15,654 nucleotides of DNA, taken from positions 1 through 15,654 of the forward strand of contig JAJRZD010000009.1 of NCBI GenBank assembly GCA_024275415.1. The letters are read 5' to 3'. Position numbers and translations under genes: made by a program. This stretch comes from an archaeon. GTDB lineage: Archaea; Asgardarchaeota; Thorarchaeia; Thorarchaeales; Thorarchaeaceae. The notes beneath the pieces were generated by a model, which saw only the letters and a program-made list of their open reading frames with translations, did no database searches and was not told the origin of the DNA. Shown here in pieces: positions 15,380 through 15,654 of this stretch. Positions within the stretch are counted from its first letter, which is position 1, and the number at the start of each line of letters is the position of its first letter.

Positions 15380-15654
15380 TTCGAACTTCCCCTTGACCCG
15401 ATCACCCTTCGCACCAGCTGATTGACAGCTGGCTCAGGTTCGATACCAGGTCTAAATCTCAGTGCTCCCGTGAGTACATATGTAGCAGCTTCAGAAATAA
15501 CAGTAGCATCTATCTCCTTGAGATTCTTCCTCTTTGCCATCTGGGCTGCAAGACGAGCTATGGAGATACCAGCACGTATTGATGCAGGAATCTCAATATC
15601 TGTGCTGTTCCTTGTCGCTGATACCAAGCCATAGATCGTTTCCAGAGCCGTGTC
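15376..15654 (-). CDS. 3' end (partial, runs off the right edge) of a MoxR-like AAA+ ATPase (lid domain)
   Basis: Frame is open to 15654 (DTALETIYGLVSATRNSTDIEIPASIRAGISIARLA...AATYVLTGAL), matching the MoxR lid/sensor-2 S-x-R helix. Its TGA overlaps the VWA ATG (ATGA, 4-bp overlap). Confidence 0.8.
   Translation of the reverse strand, partial: DTALETIYGLVSATRNSTDIEIPASIRAGISIARLAAQMAKRKNLKEIDATVISEAATYVLTGALRFRPGIEPEPAVNQLVRRVIGSRGSSK

Overview
Archaeal chromosomal window, inferred to be from an Asgard archaeon and probably Thorarchaeia-like. The inference rests on a single-domain gelsolin, Ig-fold surface proteins with C-terminal TM anchors, TATA/BRE promoters and GGAGGT/GGTGA ribosome-binding sites. 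Left to right: the 3' end of a TM-anchored Ig-domain surface protein; a DUF3782-like coiled-coil/PD-(D/E)XK protein with an internal 87/54-bp tandem repeat; a 5'-truncated second surface-protein remnant; a secreted Ig-fold + caspase-family (C14) protease divergent from a small secreted protein and a tandem Lrp/AsnC-like regulator; a 2-phosphoglycerate-kinase-like P-loop protein; a hypothetical frame broken by one in-frame TAA and abutting a HEAT-repeat + winged-helix protein; a 139-bp element with terminal inverted repeats; two amidohydrolases (one SsnA-like); an NTF2/SnoaL protein; the gelsolin, with a perfect palindrome over its promoter; a split-barrel (PNPOx-like) protein; and a MoxR-like AAA+ / VWA pair. 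The most unusual observations are the AAA+ lid-like domain at the N-terminus of the VWA protein (visibly similar to the neighbouring ATPase's lid), the secreted caspase module, the in-frame TAA, the HEAT-wH protein, the MITE-like element and the putative gelsolin operator. No rRNA, tRNA, CRISPR array or transposase was seen. All family assignments are by eye from motifs; no database searches were run.
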